A DNA stretch of 64,000 nt from Auanema rhodensis (lineage: Eukaryota > Animalia > Nematoda): contig OZ059900.1 in the NCBI GenBank assembly GCA_964057225.1, positions 13,826,001 through 13,890,000 on the forward strand, given 5' to 3'. The translations under genes were made by a program, and so were the position numbers. The notes under the pieces were generated by a model. It was not told the origin of the DNA, did no database searches, and saw only the letters and a list, made by a program, of their open reading frames with translations. Shown here piece by piece: positions 49,009 to 64,000 of the stretch. Each line of letters starts with the position of its first letter. Position 1 is the stretch's first letter.

Positions 49009-50332
49009 TCAACCGTATATTTTCTTATTGCTTTCCAATTGGAATGCTTTAGTTGAATATATAATATCTATCAATGTGCCCACCAATTTCTCACTGAAAA
49101 CAGAAATATGTCTGTATGTAACGGAAAACGACTTACCTTGTCTTTGATGAATCATCTCGTTCAGGAAGAAATTCAACAATTTCTGTAGCAATCAATTTAC
49201 TTAAATCTAACTTTGATAACGCCTTCATGAAATGAAGAGCATTAATCCCATTATCTTCAGGAGTTCCTACAGCAGGTGCAAATTCAGTGTCAAAGCCATC
49301 AATATCAATTGACATTCCAAACCCAATAGTGTTTCTCAAATAAGGACAATGTATACGTTATACCAGTTGAAGAAAAAACCTATTAACGATGTTATATGCC
49401 TCTGCCATAACATCTTGTATTCCTCGTTTCATGATTTCCTCCATATAAAAAACTCGGATTCCCAATTTTTGAATCAATTCCTGTATAGAAATTATAAATA
49501 ATTTCAACACAAAAAAATTATTGAACTTTTGTCCTGATAATGACAATTAAACGTGAATGAATGATAAGAATTATAAACGAAAAACCAGACGTACTATCTA
49601 TCATTTTGATATTCTATTGCATATACATCAAAAGCAAACTAACTTTTTCTGGAGCTTCATAACTTCTTATTCCAACCATACACATATTTTCAGGTTTGAT
49701 CTTTGTTTTGAATCCTTCGATAGATGATAAGTCGTGATCCCCGTGTCCTAATATGTGTGCAACTGGCATTCCATGAACATTTCCGGAAGGCGTTGAGTCA
49801 GGTGTGTGAGCATCCTATTGATTCATATATTAAAACGAAATAGCAACCTAATATTATTGTACCATGTGAGCATCAACCCAAATGAGACCAATATCTCCTT
49901 TGTGGCGTACGGCAGACGATACACCACTCCATGTCCCAATGGCACAACTGTGATCACCTCCTAAAACCAAAGTCTCTGGATTCGATTCAATTGATTTTCT
50001 TGTTACTGCTGCCAGTTCTTGACAAGTCTGAAAATAGGTTTTTAATTCATTTGTTCAAGATTTTGCATGTCTTACTTTCAAAACGCCAGGAAGAGCTGCA
50101 GCATGTCGTCCAGTCACTGTTTCTTCAATGATAGACTCCCAACGTATTGGAAAAGGTTTGTTTTGCAGAAAAGATGAGTTTTTAAGAATTTTGACGGCCT
50201 TTTCACATCCTAAATGTCTGGAAAGAAAAGGTATATGCAAGAAATGCTAATATAAACATACCGTCCAGCATTTCCATTAGCACAGCCAATAACAGAAAGG
50301 GTTCGGGTAGCACACAATATTGACAATCTCAT
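49009..50332 (-). CDS. argn-1: Arginase
   Basis: GGDHSCAIG, WVDAHMDAH, TPSGNVHGMPV, VGIRS, SIDIDGFD...APAVGTP and EIVEF ureohydrolase motifs. Confidence 0.92.
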
Positions 50333-51324
50333 TGTTTTTGCTAAAATAAATAGAAACAATGTTTTAAAAAATCAAAGCAATACATGATAAATTTGAAGTT
50401 ATCCTACCTTAGTAGATAAAATAAAAAATACACATGGAACACATTTGTTATATTTAACGGTAATAAATCATTATATCTTGAAGAAGAACCAAACTGGTTT
50501 TTCTCAAATATAATTCAGTCAAGCAAACTTCAAAAATAGAAAATACGTTGTATGAATGTGATTGCAAGAAAATCTTCAAACTTCCAGCATGTATCAAAAA
50601 AAAGACATATAATGATGTCAAGGACCTAAATCTTTTGTTTAAATACCAAATAGACAGTTGTAAAAAAATAGGCCATAAATTCTAATAGGTTAGAGTAATA
50701 TATATATATATATAGCCATTTGTAATTATTGAAAATGATTAACGATAATGAAACATATATTTTTATTAGGATCTTATAAAATAGCAAAATGATAGTAATC
50801 ATGGCAGTAATCATGACAGTTATGCTGTTGGAAACATTCCATTATCAGATCATAGTTTTTATTAATATTATTTTGCAGATAAATGATGAGAAATTGCCCA
50901 CACCCTTTTCCGAGAAAGCATTTGTTTCTAAATTGGTTGGTACTTGCAAAGTTTGTAGGTTGTTGGTAGAACTACTTATATACATTGAATTTGTTGTAGT
51001 ACATGTATACTCGTTACAATTCCCATTTTCATTTTACTCGAAGTTAGAACAAAACAGCTGTATACACAAAACGTTTATAAAAAAGTGAACTATAGCTTAA
51101 AAATTATAAATTAAAATCACAACCAGTTTTTAAAATCTTCTAAATCATTACGTATTAGCTTCAAAAAATCTTGGAATTTTCATTTGATTTTTCAGCAGCA
51201 CATATTTACAGACAACATTATTACGCAGAACCAAAAAAAAAGTTTTCATAGAGTAATAAATAAATGAGATGACATTCATAAGATGGAACATTTGTAACAG
51301 CACATGATTTTCGGAATTTCCTTT

Positions 51325-53654
51325 TCACATAGCCAAAGGATGTGTTTTTGAAACTTTCGAATCTTTCACTATTTCAACCAGTTGTCTGTAAATTAATGTA
51401 AGTCTTGAAACACACTAGAGCTACATTACCTTCGCAAAATGGCTGCTTTAGTCATAAGTTCTTTTTCTTTTGTTTTCCAGTGCTCATAGGTGCTTTTCAA
51501 GTTATCAACCTCTGCCCAACTCTTTTGCCAACGGAAAAACAGCCTATCCCACACTTTCTGAAAGAATGAAGAATGTTTGATATAAATTATATTTTACTTA
51601 CAAAGCATTGAGGCAAAATTGATGGCCAAATAACACCTTTAACCGGATGATAACCAACATTCACAAAAGATAAAAATACTTCTGGATTATTAATGTACGA
51701 CCATAATGACACTGTGCGCTCTTTGACTTTTTTTGTTTTCTTTTCTTTCTCGTTGCATCCAAGAAAAGAGCCAAATTCACTGGCATATGCGTGTTCAAAA
51801 AGAAATAGCAACAAGTGTTCGTCAAATTCGAAGGCGCTCGGATACTGATGCATCAGCTGTCAAATACATTTATGTGTTTCAATAAAACCAATGATTTCAC
51901 ACCTCATAGACTGCATTCAAAAAGCAAAGAAAAACGGGACTTTCATTTCTTCCAGTAACGGCTCCTTGAGCATAGCAACTATGTGCATTCCGCAATTGAA
52001 AAGGATGACCAGCAGTAATCCATTCTCTTTCGATCAGAGATTGGAATCTGAACTTTTCTCTTAATTTTCTTAAAGTCATCGATAAATCAATACCCTCTCA
52101 CAGTGCGTGCATCTGGATCAAGAATTAATTGAGCTAAAGAAGTGGCAGCTAAAGTAGTATCTAAACCATCACCTCCATGTACCAAAACAGGAACAGCTAC
52201 AAATAAATAAATACAGGATAGGTCGGACAGAATTCAGATGAAAATTAAATGTTAGTAAAAAAATTTGGCTTTAAATTACGATGACATTTTAATGGATAGC
52301 AATGAATGCAGCGCTTGTTGAAAAAGTTTGAAAAGATCACCTGGAGTCCCTTCGCATTCAACACATTGAGCTACGTTAGCAGCAGCAGTGAGAAAATCCA
52401 TAACTGATTGTTGCCACAGCGATTGATTTACCCGTGCTTGGAACTTATCCGAACTAATAGTAGGATCATTGCAAACTAGAATTTACTTGCGTAATAAGCA
52501 TCTAGAATAAATCCACTCACCTTCTACAATTCTTGTTAAAGCATCCTTGATTTCATTAACTCTAGGACATGGACACGTAACATAGCGCCATTGAGAATAA
52601 AATTGGACAGATTCGAATCCTCCGCCTTTTCCTTTAGATGCAATTGCAACAGACTTTTGCCTAGTATCAATGACTATGCCTTTAGACACACTAACCAGTG
52701 AATTGAGAATAGACTCATCTTCACGGCAACGTCGGTTAGTGGGCCCAATCAATGGCTGTCCACACCGGAACACACATGACTGCAATTTTGTCAATGAATT
52801 TCAAACAAAATACGAGTTTACTTTAGTTTTTGGATGATAATAGCTCAATACAGGAAAACGGGATCCATCACGAAATGTAGCACTGATTCTAAGATAATCG
52901 TCACCTATACCTCTAGGTACAATCACTTTTTCAGGATATGATGAACAAACCTGCATCAAGCAGCATGAATACAGAATAAAAATTGTTCTTACTTGAAAAT
53001 TTGAATTAACTGAACTAATTCTAAAAGCATCACCACTAAGCAATTTCAAACGAGCAAATTCCTGTTCAATATCAAATGCATTCCATCCATCATCTAGTAT
53101 TTTGAATGGACATTGATAATAAAATGGATAGTCATGATCGCAACCATCTAAAAATAGGTTTTACTAAACTTTTGAAACATTTACAAACATATATTTGAGA
53201 GCGTTTCAATAGATAACTTGGCAGCTTGGCAATTGTCAAAATTAGGCACTTCGAAAACAATTATCTGAACATGGAAGAAAACAGTTTTTAGACAAAAATA
53301 CAATACTACCAAAAAGTTTTTCAGTTTCAAAGTGAGCAAACATCCACGCGACGGTTGATCTTTGACAATCAGCTCACTAGTAACTCTATCTACGGTTCTG
53401 TGCAAAAGCTAAAACATTTTGTTTGAAATATACACGTATACATGTGACTACCATAAATTCTTCTGAATGTGCATTATTACTTTGTGAAAATATCAAATGA
53501 TGACCTTAAATTATAATTCATTTTCATGATCACGTAAAATAATATTCTGTAACATACTTAATATAGCCAAAGATCCAGATTGATTCTGTCGAGGACCTTT
53601 TATCATAACCACATCATCAACTCTTGGAATCTTGATTGCTTCTGAGAGTTCCAT
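51325..53654 (-). CDS. mtm-9: Myotubularin-related pseudophosphatase (MTMR9)
   Basis: MELSEAIKIPRVDDV; CSSYPEKVIVP; FRDGSRFPVLSYYH; inactive site VLVHGGDGLDTT (Gly in place of the catalytic Cys); LIEREWITAGHPF; QYPSAFEF. Confidence 0.92.
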
Positions 53655-54471
53655 ATCAATCTCAGAAATATGGATCTGTTTCGGGAATTATCAAAAGTAA
53701 TATGAATGAGTTGAAAAATAGCAAACAAAAAACAATAAACTCAATATCCCTGCGTGCTAGGACCAATTTTGTATTATTTTTACTCAACGTGCTATGAATG
53801 CGACTGACATTTTTAATTAAACAACTATACACTTTTTATAGTATAAAAATGGAAAAATATTATTATATCTATAAAAAAATAATAATATTTGCAAATTTTG
53901 AAGACGAGTCTTGCTAATTAGATATGTAGATATAAGTATCTAGATTTACTCTATTTCAAGCTTTATGGATTTGGATATAAGGCGCTCTAGTGCTAATTAA
54001 CTCTCCAACGAAAGCATCAAAATTTCAGTTGTACATTAGTATTGCATTTTTCGAGAAGAAAAGTTGATAGCATATCGTTATCAACAAAGATTGATTATAA
54101 AAATGAGCGAAAGTAAAATAATTTTAAAAATAAAAGAGCCAAACGAGTTATGCATAAGTAATTTAAGCTATATAGTAATAGGATATTGTAATGTTCGTTA
54201 ACGAATTTCATTGTAACACACTTTTTATCATGAGCAGCTTTCTAGTTATTTTGTTTGAGATAAACATAAAATGTATTGAAAAATGTAATTATATGTTTTT
54301 AACAAATATATAATTAAGAAAAGAATTATATTCCTCATAAATATAAATGGTAGATCTCTTTATTTATGAATTTTCTTATAAGAAAACAATCGAGATGATT
54401 TATTCGTTTAACTAATGCAAAAACATGTAATACAATTGTTGTTGCTTCTTTATCATGAAATTTGCGGTTTT

Positions 54472-54765
54472 CTAGACGAAAGTTGCACATAGCTTCCATC
54501 TGCACGGCAATGGTTGGTAGTCTAATAAAAACAGTACTGGAAACATTGTTATGTAAAACTTACCTGAGCCTGCGCGCATAGAACGACGAAGAACTGTGTA
54601 AGAAGGTGCTGGTTCTTCAGCTATTTTTCTCATATTATTATAGTAATTTGTCTATAATAACCAGAACAGTATTTGTCATCATGAAAATCTTACAAATATT
54701 TCAGCTGGTAAAGCGGATCCCGCAGATAGCAGTAAGAAAAACGAAAACATAGTATACCACAGCAT
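54472..54765 (-). CDS. Secreted neuropeptide precursor (69 aa) with C-terminal CRWKLC disulfide ring (somatostatin/urotensin-II-like)
   Basis: Exons 54765-54694, 54651-54564 and 54521-54472, separated by two 42-nt GT-AG introns, give MLWYTMFSFFLLLSAGSALPAEIFTNYYNNMRKIAEEPAPSYTVLRRSMRAGSDYQPLPCRWKLCATFV*. A TTTTCAG acceptor lies just upstream. Confidence 0.85.
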
Positions 54766-56530
54766 TTTAATTTGAAAGAGCACTTCTGAAAATATAGTGA
54801 CTATTTAGATGAAGCAGAAGCTGAAGAACAATTGAAAATTTCATTCTAAAAAAATTATATAACTCGAGGCAAACAAATTGAGGACAAATAAGTAATAAAA
54901 AAGATATATAACTCCTCACACTGGCTTTTGTATCAAACATTAAACTTCAAAGCGTGGGCTTTTTTCAAACAGCCGATGATGACATATCATTTGAATTATT
55001 CAAATCTAATTAATCTGATGAAGACTATATTGAATAGATCTGAAGCTGATTGACAGCAAAATCTAAGAATGTTAATAATTTTTTCCAGAGTGAGAAATTG
55101 TAATACTAAAATTGTTTTTTTCTTTCTCAGAAAAAAAATAAATTAATGCTTTAAGTTCAAACTATAACGCAAAGCTTGTAAATATTGAAATTAATTTAGA
55201 GTCAACAATATTTAAGTTTAGATTTTTATGATATATTAACATTTATCTCATGCTGACATGATGTGACAGAAATTTGAATTTGTTGAATCCGGAACGTGAA
55301 TATACTTTGATTATTACATTCTGAAAAGATAGAATTTGAAAGTAAGGGTCTGAATTGAAGTGTGTGGGTTAGCTATTCAAGCATTTGCAAAATCTCGCTA
55401 TGCTTACAATCTTAACAGCTTTAAACTGGCATTTCAATATAAAAAGAGGTAAATTCTTATATTTCTGAGAACGTCCACCTCTGTAACCATCATTCAGAAA
55501 TCTCATTTCAAAAAGCCATGCGAGATTTGAAAGATTTCAGATGTTCATTATTACCATATTACAACATTCAAACGAATAACGTTGCTTGAACGAGTAATGC
55601 TTTTTATTTGTTTTTTGTTTGAATATACACTAGTAGGTGTACACTTTATCCTCTATCTTAGGTACTTTTTCGAAATAGGGTACAGAAAATAACACAGATA
55701 GATCTGAATATTTTATTGAATTGCCAATATACAACTATAATTATAATTAACAAAAATAATACATATATTGATAAATAAATAGATTAGATCCATAAACGTT
55801 TGATCTTTTATATTTGTAATTATTTCATTATAATTAAACTTTTCATGTTAATTGGTGATTCAGTTTTGTAAGCGAATATAGATTAAAAATATTCTCCTCT
55901 ATAACCTTTTTAAATCAAAGTCTAGTGAGAGTAAATGATAAGAATCGAGAGAAAGAAAGAAAGAGAGAGATTAGAAAAGATGTAAAAAGGGAAGATGATT
56001 ATTTAATCAACATAGATAAGAAAATTCAAACAGTTTGGTAGTGTTGTCCTTTTTCAATCAGCCGAAACTTTAAAGAATTGAGTAATTTCATTCATTATTC
56101 CACATTTTCTGAAAGCAACCGCTAAAGTTATATTCATTCATTTTAAAGAAGTGTACCGGAATAGTCAAAAACCATTTACATGGAGCATTAAGCTGTTTGC
56201 ACTTCACACACTTTATAACATCATTTTATCAGCAAAATTACTTTTGTTGCATCACCAATCCTTTTCCCTTCTCGATTGCCTTTTCCTTGCGTTGAATTCT
56301 ATTCTTTTCATATAACATTGATCGGTCACAATTATTTGTCGAAGATATATTGTGTTGACATTAGCATTTTGTGAATTGGAAAATCAAAAAATACTTCAGT
56401 TTAAATATATTCTATCATATAGTTTTATCAAATTAACAATATTCTGCTACCTCTCTTTAGATTTATTCAATGATAAAACCTTTTATACTTTTGATTTTAA
56501 TATCTTTTGTTTCTATTTGCTTATTTCCAG

Positions 56531-58451
<1,921 letters not shown>

Positions 58452-59511
58452 ATAAACTAGAAAAAATGAACTAGATGAGATAAAAGTAAAATTGTATAAA
58501 TCGAAGACTATATATTAAAAATGTTTATATCAATACTCTGTTTTTCATTTTTTATCTGCATTGCTTCATTTCGAAGATTAAGTTTTGATAGGTATGAGCA
58601 GTTTTGTACGCATTCAAAGAAGTAAAACAAAACATTATTTTTGATAATTAATTATCATTCCATACTGTATAAAAGTAATAATTACAATAAAACTCATCAG
58701 TATAGATAATATCTTCTATAATCATGGTATATAATATAATCTTCAATCTCTTATTCGTTTCTCCCTAGTTTTCTTATATTGATTATCTTATCGTAGCAGA
58801 TATACAAAGTCATTTTAGAATTGAGAGAATATAACATGGCCTGTTGAACACAATTGATTCTATTCGGAAGAAGAAATCTCAAACATTATCATCCTAACGT
58901 TTACGCCCAGTTCTCAAGGACATCTTCTACTTCATCATATAAACAACACATCAACGTACCTTACTGAGGTTTTTCTTATTATTCATAGACAAGAAAGGTT
59001 TCGGAGAAAAGTTTCAACACTTTTTGTTTTTCATATTTATGTTCAGCGTATCCATTTGAAAAAAGTCAGATTTTTCGAATTTCAAACGTTAAATTTTTTA
59101 GATTTCGAAATGAGTCTTAAAAAATATAAGCAATTAGTCATTCTCAGTTATTTTATCTGGTGATTTGATGGCTTTAATTTCAACAATCACTGTAATATCC
59201 TTTTTTCTGATAGACATACATTAGACGTTATATCTTAGAACGATCTCGAAATAGGTCGTCCATTCAAAACGAAATAGAAATAACTGCACCTATAATTTAT
59301 CACCTAATTGGACCGGTTTTTGAATGAAGATAGCCTACGCCCATTTCTCAAGGACAGTCCCTATACGTCAAAACTTCCAACAGTATAGTGATCTCAGCAT
59401 CTTTCTCTCTGATGTATACCATTTATTTTGATATATATCTATTTACTTTTATTTAGTTTCGATTTTTGCTGACTAATTTTAGTAATTTTAAATATTTTGA
59501 ATAATTCAGAA

Positions 59512-61686
59512 ATGGCTGACGAAGTAAGTGAGTATCGAAGCTCAATAACTTCGCGTCCTACCTTTAATAGGAGCATGAATAATCTGTCAACAACAACTTA
59601 TGGCAATCCAGGTATTTATCTCATTCTGCTGATTTTTCAATTTCTGTATATTGTAAGATGTAGGATCTGGTGGGAATCGCGTTCTCAAAATTGTCACTGA
59701 AATGACAACTACATCTATGAATTCTGGTTTATCTCCTTATGGACAGAGCGCAGCTTCAACTATTCGTGATAACCGCGAGAAAGAAAAGAAAGAAATGAGT
59801 GATTTGAATGACAAGCTGGCTAATTATATCGAGAAGGTATGGCATGCAAATGAGTTGAATATTATGAAAATTAATTTGCAGGTACGATTTCTTGAAGCTC
59901 AAAACAGAAAGCTTCAAGCAGACTTAGATATGCTGAAATCAAGATGGGGAAAGGACACCACTACCATCAAGTTTATGTATGAGGAAGAAATAACTCAAGC
60001 TAAACGTGTTATCGATCAAACTGGAAAAGATAAAGATGACATGGAAAAATCCATCCGTAAACTTCAAGACGAATTAAATGAAATTCGCAAGAAGTTTGAG
60101 GAAGCTCAACGATCCCGTAATGTTGATCGTGAAAAAATTGATGAGTTACTCGTAACATTATCAAACCTGGAAGCAGAAATTAATCTTCTCAAAAGAAGAA
60201 TTGCTCTTCTTGAAGAAGAAGTAGCTCGTTTGAAGAAAGAGAATATTCGTTTATCAGGAGAGCTTCAAAGAACTCGTACTGTAAGAAAATATTGATTAAT
60301 TTGAATAACATCTGATTCTAATTGTAGGAAATCGATCAAGAAACTTTGAATAGAATTGATTATCAAAATCAAGTCACAACTCTTTTAGAGGAAATCGATT
60401 TCATTAAGAGAGCTCAAGATCAAGTATGTTCAAAGATATTAATCACAAACCTTGTTTCTTAATGTTTAGGAGATCAGAGAATTGCAAGCTATGGCAGCTA
60501 GAGACACAACCGCTGAAAATCGCGATTATTTCAAGAACGAGCTTGCCAATGCTATTCGTGATATCAGAAGTGATTACGATCAGGTATCGTAAATATGTCC
60601 TATGAAGTATAGAGTTTATTCAATTTCAGATGATCAATAATCAACGTAATGATTTGGATTCGTGGTACAAGATCAAGGTTCAAGAAATTCAAACTCAAAG
60701 TGCTCGACAAAACAAAGAGCAAGAATATCAGAAGGATGAAGTTAAGCGTCTTAGAACTCAATTGGGAGATCTCAGAGGCAAACTTGCTGATCTTGAAGGA
60801 AAGGTACGTGTATTTCTGAATAAAACTCGAAATTTCTTATCCTCTTCCAGAATAATTTGCTCGAGAGACAGATCCAAGAGCTCAACTATCAATTAGAAGA
60901 CGATCAGCGATCCTATGAGGCTGCATTGAACGACCGCGATAATCAAATCCGCAAGATGCGTGAGGAGTGCCAAGCATTAATGGTTGAGCTCCAAATGCTT
61001 CTTGACACCAAGCAGGTTTCTCTTACTCATTATATTATTTTAATTTCATCACGTAATTATTAAGACTTTGGATGCTGAAATTGCCATATACCGCAAAATG
61101 TTGGAAGGTGAAGGAGATGGACCAGGGTTACGTCAACTTGTTGAACAAGTTGTTCGTACAACAGGCATCAATGAAGTTGCAGATACCGGTAAATATAAAA
61201 TTTTAAATTGTATAAAAATATGATTTTTCAGAAACGATGAGAGTAATCAAGGGAGAGACTTCAAGTAGAACATCCTATAGTAGATCTGCCAAGGGAAATG
61301 TTTCCATTCAGGTAAATTCAGCAGAGTACAAGGTTCACTTTTTACATATTGCTATTTAGGAGACACATCCCGAAGGTAAATTCGTTACGTTGGAAAACAC
61401 CAATCGTTCCAAAGAAGAACCAATCGGTGAATGGAAGTTGAAGAGAAAGATTGACGGCAAAAAAGAAATTGTATACACTATTGCTCAAGGATTCGTCCTC
61501 CAACCTCTTCAAGTCGTAAAAATCTGGGCACGTGGACAAGGTGGAGTTGCTGGTGCTCCAAATACTCTCATCTTCGAGGAAAGTGACACTTTCGGAATCG
61601 GAAGCAGTGTTCATACTATTCTCTACAATAAGGATGGAGAAGAAAGAGCTACACATACTCAACGACAAAGCCAGAGTTCTTCTTAA
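59512..61686 (+). CDS. ifa-2: Cytoplasmic intermediate filament protein, IFA-2/IFA-3 type, with lamin-tail domain
   Basis: [13 protein letters not shown]...[10 protein letters not shown]...[41 protein letters not shown]; [15 protein letters not shown]; LTD with [12 protein letters not shown]. The ifa-2 versus ifa-3 choice rests partly on adjacency to sgk-1. Confidence 0.85.
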
Positions 61687-62403
61687 AATGTAATTGAAAT
61701 ACAAACATTTGATTAACACATTACGTTGTATTTCTCTTTGTGAAAAATAATTATTATAAAGCATTTGATATTCATTTGATTTGTTTTAAACATTATAGTA
61801 TATAAGTAATAGTTGTGTAATACTTTAATAAGTATATTCAAATACTATCTGACAATTACAGAATTTTGCAATATGTTAATCAATTTGTATTATATTTTTA
61901 TTATCAATAATTTACTTATTATGTAAAATATTTAATTACATAGTTATACTAAGCATAAATAAAAAGTAATATAATACATATAATAAGTTAAATAATTAAA
62001 GCAGAGATCGTTATTCGCCAGAATTTTGTTGAACCCGTAATATTTCGAGAATTATATTCAAGCCGGCTACCTAAATGGTTAAAAGTAAGTGTTCTCGTAC
62101 TTCACGCAGAGATTTAAAAATATTAATATTGAAATTGAATAAAGTTTCTGAAATATTCTCATAATCGTATAAAAATTCAAGATATCGGGGAAAACATGAC
62201 AAAACAAGACAAAACTTTGTTCTTGTATTTTATTTTCATATGTTCAATCTGAGATTTTCAGCTGCTAACACAATAACTAAATAAACATAAACATGTTCAT
62301 ATGCGTGAGTTAGTGAACATGCTTAGTAAGCTCTTTCCTTGATTTACAGCAGAAAAATCGAATGAATATAAAATATAATAATAAGAATACTAACCTCAGC
62401 ACA

Positions 62404-63099
62404 TTATTTCTATAATAATTAATGATTAATATTATTATTCAATTTACTCAATATACCTGTTCTTCTAATTCATTTTCTTCATTTTCTTCCTTTTCTTTAC
62501 TTTCTTCCTTTTCTTTACTTTCTTCCTTTTCATTGTTTTCTTCCTTCTCTTCATTTATTTCATATATTTCATTTTCTTCGTTTTCTTCATTTTCTTCGTT
62601 TTCTGCAATTTCTTCATTTTCTTCCTCTAAATCAACTTCTTCCTCTTCTTTATTTTCAAGTTGAAAGTGAGTCTAGAAATAGAAAAAATTGATTAAGCAT
62701 TAAAATTGTTGAACATACTAATTTTTTAGCCTTTAAATAGCCAGCCAACAGAGTACGGCAGTTGTATAAAGATTCTTGAGGTTCCCAAGAATCGGACTTG
62801 CTGCCATAACCAGTCCATCTGAGCTAAATGAACTTTCAGGTGAAACGACAAAAGTACATTATGCAATCAACTTACTCTAAGCAGCAGAGTGCCGCTTGGC
62901 TGAATTTTATGATCCAAAATGGATTCAACTTCAAATTCATGATGATACATCCCTGGAAGAAACACTTTAGAAAAAAAGCGAAAACATAAATTATTAAACG
63001 AAAAAATAAATTAGGATACGCTGGAGAAGCTGAAAAATCAATTTATGAGGAAATGACCGACGTTTAAACTAAAATCACTACGTATTTCCTTTTGGCCAT
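62404..63099 (-). CDS. Small chromodomain protein with Glu-rich acidic tail
   Basis: Exons 62952-62876, 62823-62719 and 62672-62457 give MYHHEFEVESILDHKIQPSGTLLLRLRWTGYGSKSDSWEPQESLYNCRTLLAGYLKAKKL plus an E/N/K-rich tail. The start (63099, via a 10-nt exon 63029-63020) and the stop (62404 or 62448) are uncertain. Confidence 0.8.
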
Positions 63100-63754
63100 A
63101 ACTGACAATGAACGAGCGTGTTGCTCATGATTCTTGTAAACTAAAATAATAAAAACTAAGATAAAATAAAATAGCTACCTATGACAAATAATGAAATGAA
63201 ACCTATTTAACAGATGAAATTCAAAGGTCCCTGAAACATGGAACGTGAAATAACCGATTTAAGATAAGATAATCGAAGTAGATTCGAGAATCTTGAATAT
63301 ACAAGTTGCCTCACAAAATATTTTAAATGCTCTCAGATTCTCCTTTGATATTTACTTCATTTCTCAGCTAAATTTATATAATTTATTACTTAATGAATTA
63401 TAAGAACCATATATCATTCATCCTTCTTTCCAGTTTTATTTATTGAATCTGCATCCTTATTTTTCTTCAATCAACATTCTGCGTATGAAAAATATTTGTA
63501 GCTGGTTGTATTAGTTCTTTTTATTAGAAGCCATATATATTCCTCATTATTTTCATTGTTTTTGTTTTGGCAGTTTTTGGTTTTTAGGTACGCAATCTCG
63601 CGTGGTATCAACAGCGGTTTTATCGATTAATCTTTTTGAAAAGCGCGCGCTGTTTTTTCTGCACTATCAGATTATTCAAATCCATGTGATTCTGTTTTTC
63701 ATTTCCTAGTTTCCTGATTTTTATTTTTATCTTTTTTTAGTTAAATTTTTATAA

Positions 63755-63967
63755 ATGGGTAGGCGTACCAGCAAGAAACGGGCCGCAAATGCGAAGTACG
63801 TTTTTGAACAATGGGTCTATAGTTCTATCAATACTATTGCTTTAATTAATTTTTTCCAGAACCAATGCAGGAGTAGGCACTGGATTGCCTTTACATGGAT
63901 CCAGAAACCGTCCGTGTTTTTGCTACGAGTGCCGTAGATCAGTATTTTCCATAAGATTCCAGCCTCC
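63755..63967 (+). CDS. 5' end of an unknown gene (runs off window)
   Basis: Poly-T AG acceptor at ~63739, then two exons in phase: MGRRTSKKRAANAK|TNAGVGTGLPLHGSRNRPCFCYECRRSVFSIRFQP. Confidence 0.55.
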
Positions 63968-64000
63968 GTAATTCGTTTACTTTATATTTTTTATAATATT

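Noticed and set aside
50789-51088. 99-aa ORF between arginase and mtm-9
   Set aside because: No recognisable motif, no consistent splice model, and AT-rich codons.
49009-54765. Possible operon of co-oriented neuropeptide, mtm-9 and arginase genes
   Set aside because: Intergenic gaps of ~0.8-1 kb are longer than typical SL2 operon spacing, and there is no direct evidence without SL2 reads.
62422-62664. Ser/Phe-rich + strand ORF
   Set aside because: It is the antisense of the Glu-rich exon of the chromodomain gene.

Overview
AT-rich eukaryotic genomic DNA from a rhabditid-type nematode. Genes are densely packed and split by many ~41-60 nt GT-AG introns, so the ORF track shows only fragments; all gene models below were spliced by eye. 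In order: 3' part of a SEC14L1-like gene (+), atypical Dexras/Rhes-like Ras GTPase (+), asp-3 (+), nlp-3 (-), uncharacterised septin/AIG1-like P-loop GTPase (-), sulfotransferase (+), lst-2 (-), dpy-23/AP2 mu2 (+, with an intronic internally deleted mariner and an 18-nt microexon), orphan rhodopsin-type GPCR (+), dpy-22/MED12 (-), class-B/adhesion-like 7TM protein (+), arginase (-), mtm-9 (-), a hidden 69-aa CRWKLC neuropeptide precursor (-), sgk-1 (+), ifa-2-like (+), a small chromodomain/acidic-tail gene (-) and the start of an unknown gene (+). Most recognised orthologues are X-linked in C. elegans. I see no multi-gene novel system I can support. The best leads are the two neuropeptide genes missed by the ORF track, the mariner fragment flanked by a ~100-bp direct duplication next to a microexon, and the minimal adhesion-like receptor.
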